64,000 nt of DNA from a virus. Shown here piece by piece: positions 45,476 to 55,500 of this stretch; the stretch's first letter is position 1; the number at the start of each line of letters is the position of its first letter. The stretch lies in the IMG/VR virus record IMGVR_UViG_3300043449_000947, positions 6,921 to 70,920 of that record. One strand, written 5' to 3'. The position numbers were made by a program, and so were the translations under genes. Below the pieces are notes generated by a model, which had not been told where the DNA came from, searched no databases, and saw only the letters and a list, made by a program, of their open reading frames with translations.

Positions 45476-45604
45476 TCTTGAGTCTCCCATCCAAGTCGTA
45501 AATACAGTTTGTCACTGCTTTGGCATTATGCCAGTCTTCGAGACATCTAGTGTCTTGAAATTGAACACCAATTTTACACTGAACAAACGGTAATGCGTGT
45601 TTAT

Positions 45605-45889
45605 TTAAGGAGCATCCGGTTTGAGTAACGTACGCGCACGCACATAACCACGCAGCAAGGTGTCTCCGCAATCGTTTGCGGTGACTTTGTCCCCCTGAAT
45701 GTCCAGCAGACAATCCGTCCCAACCGGCGGCATGATTAGCTTTGGGCAGGATTGGGCTGGTTTTTCGGGCACAGAAATGTCCACCAACTTGGGGGAACAG
45801 CCGGTCAAAAAAATGAAGCCCGCCACTACGAAAACGGCGAGGGTCAAGCTGACGAATTCTGCCAGCAGGTCTTCGTGTGGGTCTCTCAT
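45605..45889 (-). CDS. putative lipoprotein (o-spanin-like)
   Basis: Hydrophobic segment ending in lipobox LTGC, Pro/Cys-rich mature part, downstream of the endolysin. Confidence 0.55.
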   Translation of the reverse strand: MRDPHEDLLAEFVSLTLAVFVVAGFIFLTGCSPKLVDISVPEKPAQSCPKLIMPPVGTDCLLDIQGDKVTANDCGDTLLRGYVRARTLLKPDAP

Positions 45890-45984
45890 ACGAGTGCCGC
45901 GTAGAGCACAGACGTGAGAGCGGTAGCGATGCCGAACACAATCAGCACGCCTATCATCACCTGTTTCATGAATTCGTCTTTCAT
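45886..45984 (-). CDS. 32-aa single-TM protein (not in ORF track)
   Basis: ATGA overlaps on both sides. MKDEFMKQVMIGVLIVFGIATALTSVLYAALV. Confidence 0.55.
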   Translation of the reverse strand: MKDEFMKQVMIGVLIVFGIATALTSVLYAALV

Positions 45985-46511
45985 TTCATTGCCCTCAGAC
46001 GTCTTACTGCGATTGCTGCGATCTTCGCTGCCTTATCCTTTCCATTGATGCACCTGCGCGCACCGATGTAGTCGGTATGTTTAGCGTTGATATAGTCCGT
46101 GATCTTCTTGCCCGTGAAGACGCCGTACTTGAAACCGTGGACGAGAATGAAGTTCGCAATCGCTGGCTCCATAGCCCGGTCTGGCTCTTTTACTAGATCG
46201 ATACCGAGAAGTTCAGTATACCGAGCATAGTTATACTTCCAAGTCAGCTGGACGAATCCGCGTCCATAATAAGGAAAATATCGGAGGTTCCTTCTGCGCC
46301 AGCTCTCGGACAGCCAGTAGGCTTCCTTGACCGGCCTGAACGTATCGTTCGTTTCCCACTCGGTAGTGGCAAGAACGTACGCAATCTGAGTCTTGAGTAC
46401 GAGCCCTTGGCGCTTGCACTCATCCTCAATCGCTGCCACCGTCCCTGCTCGCGTTGTGTAGTCACGTCCTTCTGACAGCGAGTCTAGGAGCGGTGTCAGC
46501 GACTCAGTCAT
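45981..46511 (-). CDS. endolysin, GH19 (chitinase/lysozyme-like)
   Basis: AYVLAT..WET...PVKE, YYGRGFVQLTWKYNY, ARRCING.DKA. Confidence 0.9.
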   Translation of the reverse strand: MTESLTPLLDSLSEGRDYTTRAGTVAAIEDECKRQGLVLKTQIAYVLATTEWETNDTFRPVKEAYWLSESWRRRNLRYFPYYGRGFVQLTWKYNYARYTELLGIDLVKEPDRAMEPAIANFILVHGFKYGVFTGKKITDYINAKHTDYIGARRCINGKDKAAKIAAIAVRRLRAMK

Positions 46512-46752
46512 CGTCGCGACCCTCTCTGAGAACGTCCCTCAGGTCTTTCTCGACCATGAGTTCTTCAGCCGCTTCGGGCGGGATATTGCCGACCGTCAGC
46601 CAGCTAATGACCATCATCGTGATCATGAACAATCCCAGCAGGAAGGTCTTATCCCAGCCGGGTTCCATAATGACGATGGCCCCAGAGATGCCGTAGACAG
46701 CCGCTTTTAGATCACCGGCTTTGTCTGTCGTAAGTCCGAACATCTGTTTCAT
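46504..46752 (-). CDS. putative holin
   Basis: Two hydrophobic segments and a charged C-terminus, overlapping the endolysin start. Confidence 0.55.
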   Translation of the reverse strand: MKQMFGLTTDKAGDLKAAVYGISGAIVIMEPGWDKTFLLGLFMITMMVISWLTVGNIPPEAAEELMVEKDLRDVLREGRDDD

Positions 46753-46754
46753 AG

Positions 46755-47024
46755 CTACACCTTCTCTAAAGATTTACCTTGTTCAACACGCAGTGCTGCC
46801 ACTGCCAGACCAATCAAAAGAAAGCTGGTGAATTGAGCCAACTTAATACCAATGAGCTCAAGCTCCTGCTGTACGTTGGCTCGTTTCTCATCACCCGAAT
46901 AAGGGACCCCATCTGGATCAACTTTGTCATCCCAACGCTCTACAGCACCTCTAATACGGTCAAACAGATTGTCAGGAATAAGCTGAGCTATAGCAGCCAT
47001 AGCAGTGATCCAGAAGGGGCTCAT
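46755..47024 (-). CDS. membrane-associated protein of the lysis region
   Basis: SGDEKR motif with hydrophobic ends. Confidence 0.55.
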   Translation of the reverse strand: MSPFWITAMAAIAQLIPDNLFDRIRGAVERWDDKVDPDGVPYSGDEKRANVQQELELIGIKLAQFTSFLLIGLAVAALRVEQGKSLEKV

Positions 47025-47026
47025 AT

Positions 47027-47203
47027 CTATTCTCCGGTTTCTTCGTTAACTTCGACTTCTTCGATCGGCAGAGAAGCGCGTGCCTCCTGCTGGATTGCGT
47101 GGATAAGACCTGCGGTCTGCTCATACGGCTGCTTGGCGAGATAGCCGATGACAGCGTCGGTCAGTTTGAGAGAAAGCACTACGGTCTGAATCTGGTCTTC
47201 CAT
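47027..47203 (-). CDS. small hypothetical protein (58 aa, YLAKQPYEQ..LI..IQ family; not in ORF track)
   Basis: ATG 47203 to TAG 47027. Motif commonly found after tail fibre genes. Confidence 0.65.
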   Translation of the reverse strand: MEDQIQTVVLSLKLTDAVIGYLAKQPYEQTAGLIHAIQQEARASLPIEEVEVNEETGE

Positions 47204-47241
47204 TCTTGGTTCTCGTTGGTTAGAAAAGCGCAGATAGTTTA

Positions 47242-47886
47242 TCAGACGGTTTGTGATAGCGCCTTTACTTCAGCTTCTTGGGCCAGCAAATTCTTCAGGA
47301 TTGGTACGTTTTCGGGGAGCAGTCTGTCCTGAATACGCCCTTGTTCAATACACTCTTTGATATGTGTAATCTCGGGCAAGATACTCGCGGCGAAATCAGG
47401 GTGCATGCGCATCGTATTGAACTCGTCGATGGGGATCGTCCCTGAAGTCATCAGGCAGTTCTCTGCACGATGGATCAGCTCCAGCCTCCACTCTTCTCTC
47501 TGAGATGCTTCATGTGCTTCAGGAAGTGAGAGATGTGCGTGCTTGCGGTATGGTTGCAACTTCTCCATACACTGCTCGAGGAAGGCCAGTTCCTTATACG
47601 CCGCCGCTACACACCGTTTTTTCGTATCTTCAAAGGCCTCCATTTCTTCCAGATCAGCTTCGCCATTCAGACGATCAACCTCGTCGGCACTGTCGGTAAG
47701 CCTTTCTGCAACCAGTCGTTTAGCACGCGCTCTCAGCTCGTCTGCCTTAAGCTTCTTAACTACGTTCGACCTCTCTTCCCAGAGATCACAGAGAAGAGAA
47801 TAAGCGCCGTCAGGCGTATGGCACGAGCCAACAAGGAAGTAGAGAATCTGGAAGTCTGTATTTCTGCGGTTGTTTTGAGTAAGCAT
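47242..47886 (-). CDS. hypothetical helical protein downstream of the adhesin (possible chaperone)
   Basis: NSDFQ-like N-terminus and MR.HPDF motif. 214 aa. Confidence 0.65.
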   Translation of the reverse strand: MLTQNNRRNTDFQILYFLVGSCHTPDGAYSLLCDLWEERSNVVKKLKADELRARAKRLVAERLTDSADEVDRLNGEADLEEMEAFEDTKKRCVAAAYKELAFLEQCMEKLQPYRKHAHLSLPEAHEASQREEWRLELIHRAENCLMTSGTIPIDEFNTMRMHPDFAASILPEITHIKECIEQGRIQDRLLPENVPILKNLLAQEAEVKALSQTV

Positions 47887-47889
47887 GTT

Positions 47890-48903
47890 TTAGAAACCAC
47901 CCGGAGGATTTGATACGCCGCATCCGTAGGTCCCCCCAACTGAGAAACTTATCGTAAACGATGCGACGGTGTTATTAGAGTATGTGTATTTGCTTCTACC
48001 GCCACTGTCTCCCCCGCCCCAAAGACCTACGGTGGGGTTGCCTGCGTATATACCGTAGCATAGACCATATGTTATAGCGGTTCCGTTGGTCTTTGTATTT
48101 GCAGAGAAAGACACGATAGCGGTTGTACCGCCGTCACTGAAGTAGCCATTAGTAGTAGTGCTACAAGCACCGCCCCACTGACTGTAAGTCTGAGTTAGCG
48201 CAACGCCAGCAGCTTTTGTATTGGAAGAATATGTCCACCTGTCATCAGTATGGATATTACCGTAATAGCAAAAATGTCCATACGTCGCATTGCCGCAGGC
48301 ATAACCCATTTCGTGAACACCTGCAGATGCTGTACCAGTAGTACAACTGGTTCCGTAAGTGTAGATGTTCGTAGCGCTGCCAATGCTGTTAGTGCTGTTA
48401 TATCCACCTGTCGAGATAGCTTTGGTAGCGTTACCAGCAGTACAGGACCTATTCGACGCATTGGTCAGCGACACGCCTGATTGCGCCGAGGTATTTCCAG
48501 AGAAAGTAAACGTGCGAACAGAAGCAACCGAATTTGCATAGGGATCTGTAGTCCCGCCGAAGAAATATCCGACGGTTGAAGTGCTAGTGCCTCGCGCTCC
48601 CGCTGTATCTTCGCCTGATACGACAACTAACGAAGTAGTTTGTTTGTACGCGTTAGTGCTGAATTCATTCTTCCACATCAACAGAGCGCCGTCGTGATAC
48701 AGCGCGTAGTTCGAGGTGATGTCGTTAGATTTGCCGTAGAAACTACTGATCGATATCTGACCTGACGCTACGCCAGCGAGTGTGCGAAGCGCAGATTCGT
48801 TGAGGTTAGAAGATGTTGTCGCGGTACGCCCAAGCTCAAGGTTGATCGACTGACCAGCAGTCGACCCGCCTATGCTGAGCGTACCTGAAGCATTAAGTGC
48901 CAT
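47890..48903 (-). CDS. putative adhesin/receptor-binding protein with beta-propeller-like repeats
   Basis: MAL..SG.LS...INLELG...LR.LAG...G.IS...FYGKS N-terminus, then ~40-aa G-Y-F-x-GG repeats. Confidence 0.7.
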   Translation of the reverse strand: MALNASGTLSIGGSTAGQSINLELGRTATTSSNLNESALRTLAGVASGQISISSFYGKSNDITSNYALYHDGALLMWKNEFSTNAYKQTTSLVVVSGEDTAGARGTSTSTVGYFFGGTTDPYANSVASVRTFTFSGNTSAQSGVSLTNASNRSCTAGNATKAISTGGYNSTNSIGSATNIYTYGTSCTTGTASAGVHEMGYACGNATYGHFCYYGNIHTDDRWTYSSNTKAAGVALTQTYSQWGGACSTTTNGYFSDGGTTAIVSFSANTKTNGTAITYGLCYGIYAGNPTVGLWGGGDSGGRSKYTYSNNTVASFTISFSVGGTYGCGVSNPPGGF

Positions 48904-48906
48904 AGA

Positions 48907-49368
48907 TTACGCAGGCGCAGACGGAGTAACGTCGTACCACTCCTGATTAGCCTCATCCCATTCCCACATACCAGTTTCTGGTTTAGGAACCGGAGCTTCC
49001 CATTGCTGCGACATTTCGTTGTACGTCCAGCTAGGATACGGTTGCGGCCCCATGTCACGCTCTTTTGCGAGGTGGAAATAGAGCGAGTGGATCAGGACGA
49101 ACAAGTCCTGATACTTGGCATAGGCGTCGATGTACTCGTCGGTTTCTGGATTGCGGAGCTGAAACTCTGTCAGAGCATTCTCTGCTGTAAGAAGAGTAGC
49201 GACAGAGCTGCCAGTGCGGGAGTTGGCGACTTTCCCGCCCGATAGGGCGATGACATCTTCTTCGTCGAAGCGGATAGACGGTGTAGCCCCATACTCGTTA
49301 GAACCGACGATCTGAAACGATCGTGTCCATGATTCGCCCTGTACCGTAGATTCGTTGTACTTAGCCAT
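48907..49368 (-). CDS. tail-fibre associated protein
   Basis: C-terminal PQPYPSW...WEAPVPKP...WDE...W motif. Confidence 0.65.
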   Translation of the reverse strand: MAKYNESTVQGESWTRSFQIVGSNEYGATPSIRFDEEDVIALSGGKVANSRTGSSVATLLTAENALTEFQLRNPETDEYIDAYAKYQDLFVLIHSLYFHLAKERDMGPQPYPSWTYNEMSQQWEAPVPKPETGMWEWDEANQEWYDVTPSAPA

Positions 49369-51874
49369 TTGCTTTGCTCTCCAGATTTTTTACTTTCGCA
49401 GACAGTTCTTTGATTGCTTGCAGTAGCACAGGCACGAGCTTGTCGTACTGCACGGTCAGATATTCATCCCCACTGATCGAATACTCCTCGCCGTCCTCAG
49501 TGTAGGCAGAATCAAACGGAGCTCGCTTGACGACCTCCGGTAGTTCTTTCTGTACCTGCTGGGCGATAACACCGACCTGACGATTCTTCTTGGTGTATCC
49601 AAACTGTTCAGCCAGCTTGTTGCTGGTGTAGTAGACCCCAGACATGCGCTCGACCTTGCCGAGGGCGTCAGTGATCTCGCCTTCGATGTCTTTGAGACGC
49701 TGGTCGGAGTAGTACGCGGTGACGTTGTTGGTGGCGCGGATTTCACCTGCTACTGCCGAACCGGCAGTACCGACACCTACTGAGTTGAACTGTGAGTTCT
49801 GCGTGGTGCTGGTGAACGTGGCTGAGGAGCCATCGATCGACGTGATGCCCGTCAGAGCGAGCGACGCGCTGGCGCGGTTAATAACAACAGCAGTCGTACC
49901 GATGTACATCGTCTGGTTGGTAGCAGCCCTTGTCGTGTCCGTAGGGTGGACATGATCTTGTCGCGCAGCAAGCGTGGAAGTACCTACCGCCGCCGTCCCG
50001 TTTGCTGCCGGGGCAGCAGACGCCAGCCCTGTAATGCCATTGAAGCTTGTAGCGGTACACGCTGCCCCTAGATAGCTATTGCCTGAAGCAATGTAGAGCG
50101 AATAAGGGGTTGTTACTGTTACGTTGGTCGAGGCTACTGGGGCACCGGCAATATACACTGAGGATGCCCTTGTGTAGGTGGATGCTCCTACAGCTTGTAG
50201 TGTTTTAATGCCTACTGAATTGACTACAAAATCAGCAACCCCGCCTGTTTCATACAAAACGGTTTCTGTGTCAGTTGTGATGTCAGTCCCCACCCCTGTC
50301 ACCGGCACTGGACCAAACCTACTGGACATGACGTCGACCACCCTGCTCCAGTGCATACGGGTAGTATTTAGCGTATGTGTCCCAGCAAATCTTGTCTGAT
50401 AGGTTTTACCAAAGTTTGATGTACCTACACTTACATTAACGATGGCGCTATCAATGTCCCCGGAAACGTCGGCATCAGTAGCTCTAGTTAACGTCCAGAC
50501 AACGGACGTAGATCCTGTGGCTGAGACATAGTAAATGCCGTTGTATTTAGCCGCATCCGCCACAACGAGGCCACCCAAGGTACTTTGGTCTTTAACAAGA
50601 ACACGGTCATTGACTGCCAGAGTTACGCCGTCGATAGCAAGTGCGGCGATAGTCTGGGTGAACGTGGTTGTCACCGCAGACGCTGCGGCGGTAGCCGCTG
50701 CCGACATCACGAAAGTAGTGGCGTTAGTGATGGAAGTAACTGTTGTACTCGCCGGTATGTTGGCATTGCCGGAAATCACCGCGCCGACTTTGATTCCGGC
50801 TGTGGATGTTGTCGTGGCTGTCGTGCTGCTTGCCGTAGTGGTGACTGCTAAGGATTGAGTGTTCGAATAGCCTGTTAGTACGTTGGATACAAATGTAGAT
50901 GCGGCCAAATCTGCAACAGTAGCCACCCGTACAATCTTCTTGTAGCTCGAGTCAGGTAAGTGAACAGAAAGATCAAGTATCGGGATATCGGCTGCGACGA
51001 TAGCTCTAAAAGTAGGCACTCCCGCCGTTCCGCTGGGTGCCGCCAAAATCGTGTTGGCTGTCTGAGAGGCAAAATTACTAGCTGTAACGGCCAGTGTTCC
51101 GCCCAGTGTCAGGCTGCCTGTGCTAGTGACCGTGCCAGAGAGGGTTAGCCCTGAGACAGTACCTGTGCCGCCTACGGAGGTGACGGTGCCACCAGAGTTG
51201 GTATCGGTCCAAGGGACATTCACCAGCATCTGCCCCGCCGCATTAAGCTGCACGGCATATGAGCGGGATGCTGTGGTGGTTACGGCATTGGCGGCTACGG
51301 TCTGCGCGGTGTCGGAACCAAGTTCGACCAGACCCGGTACGGTAGATGTGGCTAGAGAGTATGTGGTGTTGGTGCTACTGATCGTGAAGTTGGGGTACGT
51401 ACCTGTGATGGTTGTAGCACCACCCTGTGTCAGCGTGACCGTCTGATCCGGAGCCGTGTTAGTTACAGTGATCGTGCCGCTGCCGGTGATCGGTGATCCA
51501 GCTACTGAAATACCAGTCCCGTTGGCGATTGCTACGCTAGTAACCGTACCGAGGTTAGTCGTGTAGGCCGTGGTATCCAGCGTCCACGTATCCGCAGCTG
51601 TCTTCTTCAGCAGCCCCGTCGTACCAGACAGCGCAGCGATGGCGCTCAGGTCTGCGTCGTACGCCTGAACATCGACGCCAATCTCGGCAGGCGAGAGGTA
51701 GTCAGTCCCAGCGACGGCTGCGGTGATTTCTCCGGTGCCGTTCCCCATCAGCAGGCCGGTGACCGTCACTGGGTTGGAAGTTAACCAGCTCGTACCATTC
51801 CATATCCATGTCTTGCCATTAGCGGTATACGCTTGGCCGACGGTAGGGGATGATGGGAAATTAAGTGCAGCCAT
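49361..51874 (-). CDS. tail fibre with C-terminal intramolecular chaperone (peptidase S74)
   Basis: GTVTSV repeats; YYSDQRLK...GVIAQQV...V.YDKLVPVLLQAIKEL. Confidence 0.88.
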   Translation of the reverse strand: MAALNFPSSPTVGQAYTANGKTWIWNGTSWLTSNPVTVTGLLMGNGTGEITAAVAGTDYLSPAEIGVDVQAYDADLSAIAALSGTTGLLKKTAADTWTLDTTAYTTNLGTVTSVAIANGTGISVAGSPITGSGTITVTNTAPDQTVTLTQGGATTITGTYPNFTISSTNTTYSLATSTVPGLVELGSDTAQTVAANAVTTTASRSYAVQLNAAGQMLVNVPWTDTNSGGTVTSVGGTGTVSGLTLSGTVTSTGSLTLGGTLAVTASNFASQTANTILAAPSGTAGVPTFRAIVAADIPILDLSVHLPDSSYKKIVRVATVADLAASTFVSNVLTGYSNTQSLAVTTTASSTTATTTSTAGIKVGAVISGNANIPASTTVTSITNATTFVMSAAATAAASAVTTTFTQTIAALAIDGVTLAVNDRVLVKDQSTLGGLVVADAAKYNGIYYVSATGSTSVVWTLTRATDADVSGDIDSAIVNVSVGTSNFGKTYQTRFAGTHTLNTTRMHWSRVVDVMSSRFGPVPVTGVGTDITTDTETVLYETGGVADFVVNSVGIKTLQAVGASTYTRASSVYIAGAPVASTNVTVTTPYSLYIASGNSYLGAACTATSFNGITGLASAAPAANGTAAVGTSTLAARQDHVHPTDTTRAATNQTMYIGTTAVVINRASASLALTGITSIDGSSATFTSTTQNSQFNSVGVGTAGSAVAGEIRATNNVTAYYSDQRLKDIEGEITDALGKVERMSGVYYTSNKLAEQFGYTKKNRQVGVIAQQVQKELPEVVKRAPFDSAYTEDGEEYSISGDEYLTVQYDKLVPVLLQAIKELSAKVKNLESKANG

Positions 51875-54015
51875 TATGCAACCCTGATTGCGGTGATCTG
51901 TGAAGCGTTGTTACCTGCGCTGTTGGCGGTCATCGCGGCCTTGATGAGACTGTTGGCATTACCGGCGCTAGTAGCCATCTGCGCTCTGATCGTGGTCGTA
52001 CTGCCCAGCGTGATGACGGCGGTCATCGTCATCGGAACGCCTGTGCCCGACACCGAGGCGTGATAGCCCTGCTGTGAGGCGTAATGATTGGTGCCGTCCG
52101 AGATACGTCCGTAGATGGTTTCCGCCGTGGTCGCAGCTCTGACTTGCGTCAGGTGTGCAGTAACCAACCAAGTGCCCGCGTCCAGACTGACACTAGGCCC
52201 GTTGTACCAAGTATTGCTGCTGGGCATCTGCACATCGGCAGACAGGGACGCCTCGGCGTGGGTCAGCGTCGCGCCACTCGAAGGGGTTTGCCAGCTATAG
52301 TCGTGGTCGGTGTTGGTGTCCTTGGTCAGCACCTGCCCCGTCGTACCGCCTGATGGAGGTTCATTGATCGGGATATCGCCAGAGCCCAGTAGAGAGGTGG
52401 ACTTCACAGTTTTGATGCTGGTGCCGGAAACAAGATCGTCCTGCTTGGCATCCAGAGCAGTCTGCAGTCCGGTGATAGCCCCGATGGTGTGCTGATCTGG
52501 GTCTTGTCGGTCAGTCAGTGAGTCGTGGCTGGTTGCAGAGAAAGTGCTGCTCGAGGCCGCTACACGATCTTGAATCGTCCGCACGGCAGCGATGACTACG
52601 TGCGGTGTGTTGGCTGTGTACGCCGTGCTGGTCTGCAGCACGATCTGGTACATGGCGACAATCTCAGCCACAGAAACGCCGTAGCCTTCGAAATTCTCCT
52701 GATAGGCAGCATCTACCGTGTCATGTGCCAGACGGCCCATGACGAGCCGCACAGGGTTCACTTGGCTATTGGTCGCTACCAGCCAGTAGCTGATGTATTT
52801 TCCTTCGCCTGCGTCGGCCAGTGAACCACTGCCGCCTGAGATGGGGTTGTAGCGGGCTGTCGTGGTTCCTGCCACCCAAGGAGTGGTCGACGCGGTCGTC
52901 ATGACGTACGTCGTACCGTTCAGGTACATGACCGGCAGTGAAGCCGCTCCGGTCAGAATCTGCTCGAACGGATTCGTAGGCGAAGCCGCATGAGTGATTG
53001 TGTGCTCAAGGTCTTCGTCTGCGATGACCAGCGGAGCTGCTACCGCCACCGAAACCGCAGAGGCATTATTGAGGGTATAGGTCAGTGATCCGCCAGACCG
53101 CCAGATGGTGCCGACATTCCTGTGATGGACGTAGTGCCATTCCGGGTCACCTGTGACCGAGTGCCGTTCATCCCCTATGATGAGTGCCTTGCTGTTCGTC
53201 GCGTCCCACATGACATAGGCCGCGTTGATGCTGTTCTTGATGTCCCCGAAAGTACCTGCGTCATAGAGCGCCCATGTGGTCGGGTTGATGCTGTAATACT
53301 TGCCCTGCGAGGTGTCTGGAACGGTGAACGTCAGCGCACTGGAGTAAGTGTGCTTCTCGCCGCGATAGTAGACGTCAAATGACGCACCTGTCGGTGCAAT
53401 CGACAGAACGCGAGTGCTCTCGTTGAAAGTGATCGTAGAGGAGGTGCGATCGACGAAACCAGTGATCTGGCCGTTGATGCTACCTACTGCAGTGCGGGCT
53501 TTCGCGTCGAGGTTGGTCCACGATGTGTCGTAATTAGTGCTGCTGGACTTGAGCAGAATGTCGCCAGACACACCGCCCGTAGGGAACGGCTGGCTGGGGT
53601 TAGCCCATTGCGTGTCGTAATCAGTGCCAGAAACTTTGGCGAGTACCTGCCCGGTTGTGCCCCCAGAGATCACGCCTGCGCCGGGAACGCCTTGTGGGCC
53701 GATGGCCCCAGTGTTGGCGTCTACCCACTGGGTAGAAGTCCCGTCGTTATAGAAAACCTTGAGCACACCGTTGGTGCTGTCCCACCACAGATCGCCGTCA
53801 TTCGGCGAAGAAGGAGGAGTTGTGGAAACCGTTACGGATGCGCCACCAGCCGTGCCAGCAGACAGATCGACGATCGTGTCGACGCCACCTACGCTCTTCT
53901 TGGTGTAGAGCTTGCCGTCGTTAGTGTTGAGCGCGAGCTCACCTAACTGTAAATCGGAAGTCTGCGGTACTCTTCCGGGTACCGCAGATCTTTTGAGCTT
54001 GAGTGTGTTTGCCAT
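51874..54015 (-). CDS. tail fibre protein
   Basis: LKRSAVPG..P...L..GELALNT.DG.LY N-terminus and GG.TGQVL.K repeats. Confidence 0.82.
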   Translation of the reverse strand: MANTLKLKRSAVPGRVPQTSDLQLGELALNTNDGKLYTKKSVGGVDTIVDLSAGTAGGASVTVSTTPPSSPNDGDLWWDSTNGVLKVFYNDGTSTQWVDANTGAIGPQGVPGAGVISGGTTGQVLAKVSGTDYDTQWANPSQPFPTGGVSGDILLKSSSTNYDTSWTNLDAKARTAVGSINGQITGFVDRTSSTITFNESTRVLSIAPTGASFDVYYRGEKHTYSSALTFTVPDTSQGKYYSINPTTWALYDAGTFGDIKNSINAAYVMWDATNSKALIIGDERHSVTGDPEWHYVHHRNVGTIWRSGGSLTYTLNNASAVSVAVAAPLVIADEDLEHTITHAASPTNPFEQILTGAASLPVMYLNGTTYVMTTASTTPWVAGTTTARYNPISGGSGSLADAGEGKYISYWLVATNSQVNPVRLVMGRLAHDTVDAAYQENFEGYGVSVAEIVAMYQIVLQTSTAYTANTPHVVIAAVRTIQDRVAASSSTFSATSHDSLTDRQDPDQHTIGAITGLQTALDAKQDDLVSGTSIKTVKSTSLLGSGDIPINEPPSGGTTGQVLTKDTNTDHDYSWQTPSSGATLTHAEASLSADVQMPSSNTWYNGPSVSLDAGTWLVTAHLTQVRAATTAETIYGRISDGTNHYASQQGYHASVSGTGVPMTMTAVITLGSTTTIRAQMATSAGNANSLIKAAMTANSAGNNASQITAIRVA

Positions 54016-54058
54016 GTGGCTCCCTGTTAACGCCTATATAGGCAGGGGTTTACAAAAC

Positions 54059-55489
54059 TTAGAACGTACCGCCGTCGATCGTAGATGCGTCGCTCAGAAT
54101 CGTACCGCTGGTCGGCAGGGTGACTGACGTCGCTGCAGTCAGCGCGATAGAGCCGGTGAACGCTCCGGTGAACGACAGCGCTGCTGCAGTGCTCAGGTTG
54201 CCGCCGACAGTGATCGTGCTCGCACCGTTGTTGACGCCAGTACCGCCGTAGGTGCCGCCGATGACGGAGCCCTGCCAAGTACCAGTACCGATCGTACCCA
54301 GCGTCGTGATGCTGGACTGACCGACGTAGGTGGAAGCGATGTCGATTGAGTCAGCATTGACCGTGATGCGGTTGCTGGTACCGATGACGTCGAGGGTGTT
54401 ACCGGTCTTGGTAAGACCCGCACCAGCAGTGACCTGACCTGCACCGGAGAACTGAACAAAAGTCAGAGCAGTGGTGTTCAGGACGATCGTATCGTTGGTG
54501 GACAGTACCCAGCCGCTGTCGGCGTTGGTCGTACCTTCAGCAACGAAGGTGAACATGCCTGCGGTGACTTCAGCGCTGGAGTCTGCATCCGTCGAACGAG
54601 ACCATGCACCGGCAGCAACGACGTAGATACCGTTGGTAGAAGCTGTGGACTGATCCTTGACCAGCACACGATCGCCAGCAATCAGAACGACGCCATCGAT
54701 TGTCTGCGTACCAGTCAAGCTGATGTTGGCAGTGGTGGCTGCGCGAACACTGGCTTTGACATCGAGGCCGGAACGAGCTGCATCGACGTATGCCTTGGTA
54801 GCTGCGTCCTGATCACCGACCGGGTCTGCCAGATTAGTCAGTTTGAAGCCGCCAATAGACAGATCGGCAGTCGGCGCGCTCAGATCACTCAGAGAGGCAG
54901 TAGCTGTGCTGGTGACGCGACCGTAGGTGTCGACCGTGACCTTGGTGAAGGTGCCAACGCCAGAGCCACCGATCGTCAGAGAAGTCAGATCAACTGTCGG
55001 ATTGCCTGCGACGCCATCGCCATTGGTCAGAGTGATGCGACCGGAAGTGCCAGTAATAGAACGCTGGGCCCATGTGTCAGAACCAGTACGTACTGCCAGA
55101 CCAGTGCTAGACAGTCCTTCCAGAGCAGACAGGTCGTTGGCCAGAGCCAGCGTAGGATTGCCAGAGACGCCGTCGCCATTGGTGACCGTGATACCTGCCG
55201 CAGGCTGAGTAAGAGTACGAGTGGCGACACTACCAGTTGCCGTACGCGCCACAATACCGTTGGTGGCAAGGTTAGCGAACGCAGTTAGATCGCTGTCTAG
55301 CGGCTGGAATGCACCAGAGCCGCCAATGGCAATTACAGAGGTAGCTGAACCACCCGCTCCACCAGTACCAGTACCGTAGTAAAGCGTATTGTCCTGTTCG
55401 TTGAACGCCAGCTCTGCGTTCTGCAGACTGGCAGGAGCGCCTGCAGCACCGCCTGCAGCACGCCGTTTGATTCGAATGATGTTAGCCAT
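54059..55489 (-). CDS. tail fibre protein
   Basis: IRIKRR...P..L..AELA.N, DAATKAYVD, IDGV.L..GDRVLVKDQ, ends DGGTF. Confidence 0.85.
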   Translation of the reverse strand: MANIIRIKRRAAGGAAGAPASLQNAELAFNEQDNTLYYGTGTGGAGGSATSVIAIGGSGAFQPLDSDLTAFANLATNGIVARTATGSVATRTLTQPAAGITVTNGDGVSGNPTLALANDLSALEGLSSTGLAVRTGSDTWAQRSITGTSGRITLTNGDGVAGNPTVDLTSLTIGGSGVGTFTKVTVDTYGRVTSTATASLSDLSAPTADLSIGGFKLTNLADPVGDQDAATKAYVDAARSGLDVKASVRAATTANISLTGTQTIDGVVLIAGDRVLVKDQSTASTNGIYVVAAGAWSRSTDADSSAEVTAGMFTFVAEGTTNADSGWVLSTNDTIVLNTTALTFVQFSGAGQVTAGAGLTKTGNTLDVIGTSNRITVNADSIDIASTYVGQSSITTLGTIGTGTWQGSVIGGTYGGTGVNNGASTITVGGNLSTAAALSFTGAFTGSIALTAATSVTLPTSGTILSDASTIDGGTF

Positions 55490-55500
55490 CGCAAAGACTC

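Noticed and set aside
47890-55489. Diversity-generating retroelement or invertible tail-fibre switch
   Set aside because: No reverse transcriptase, recombinase, template/variable repeat pair or flanking inverted repeats were noticed.
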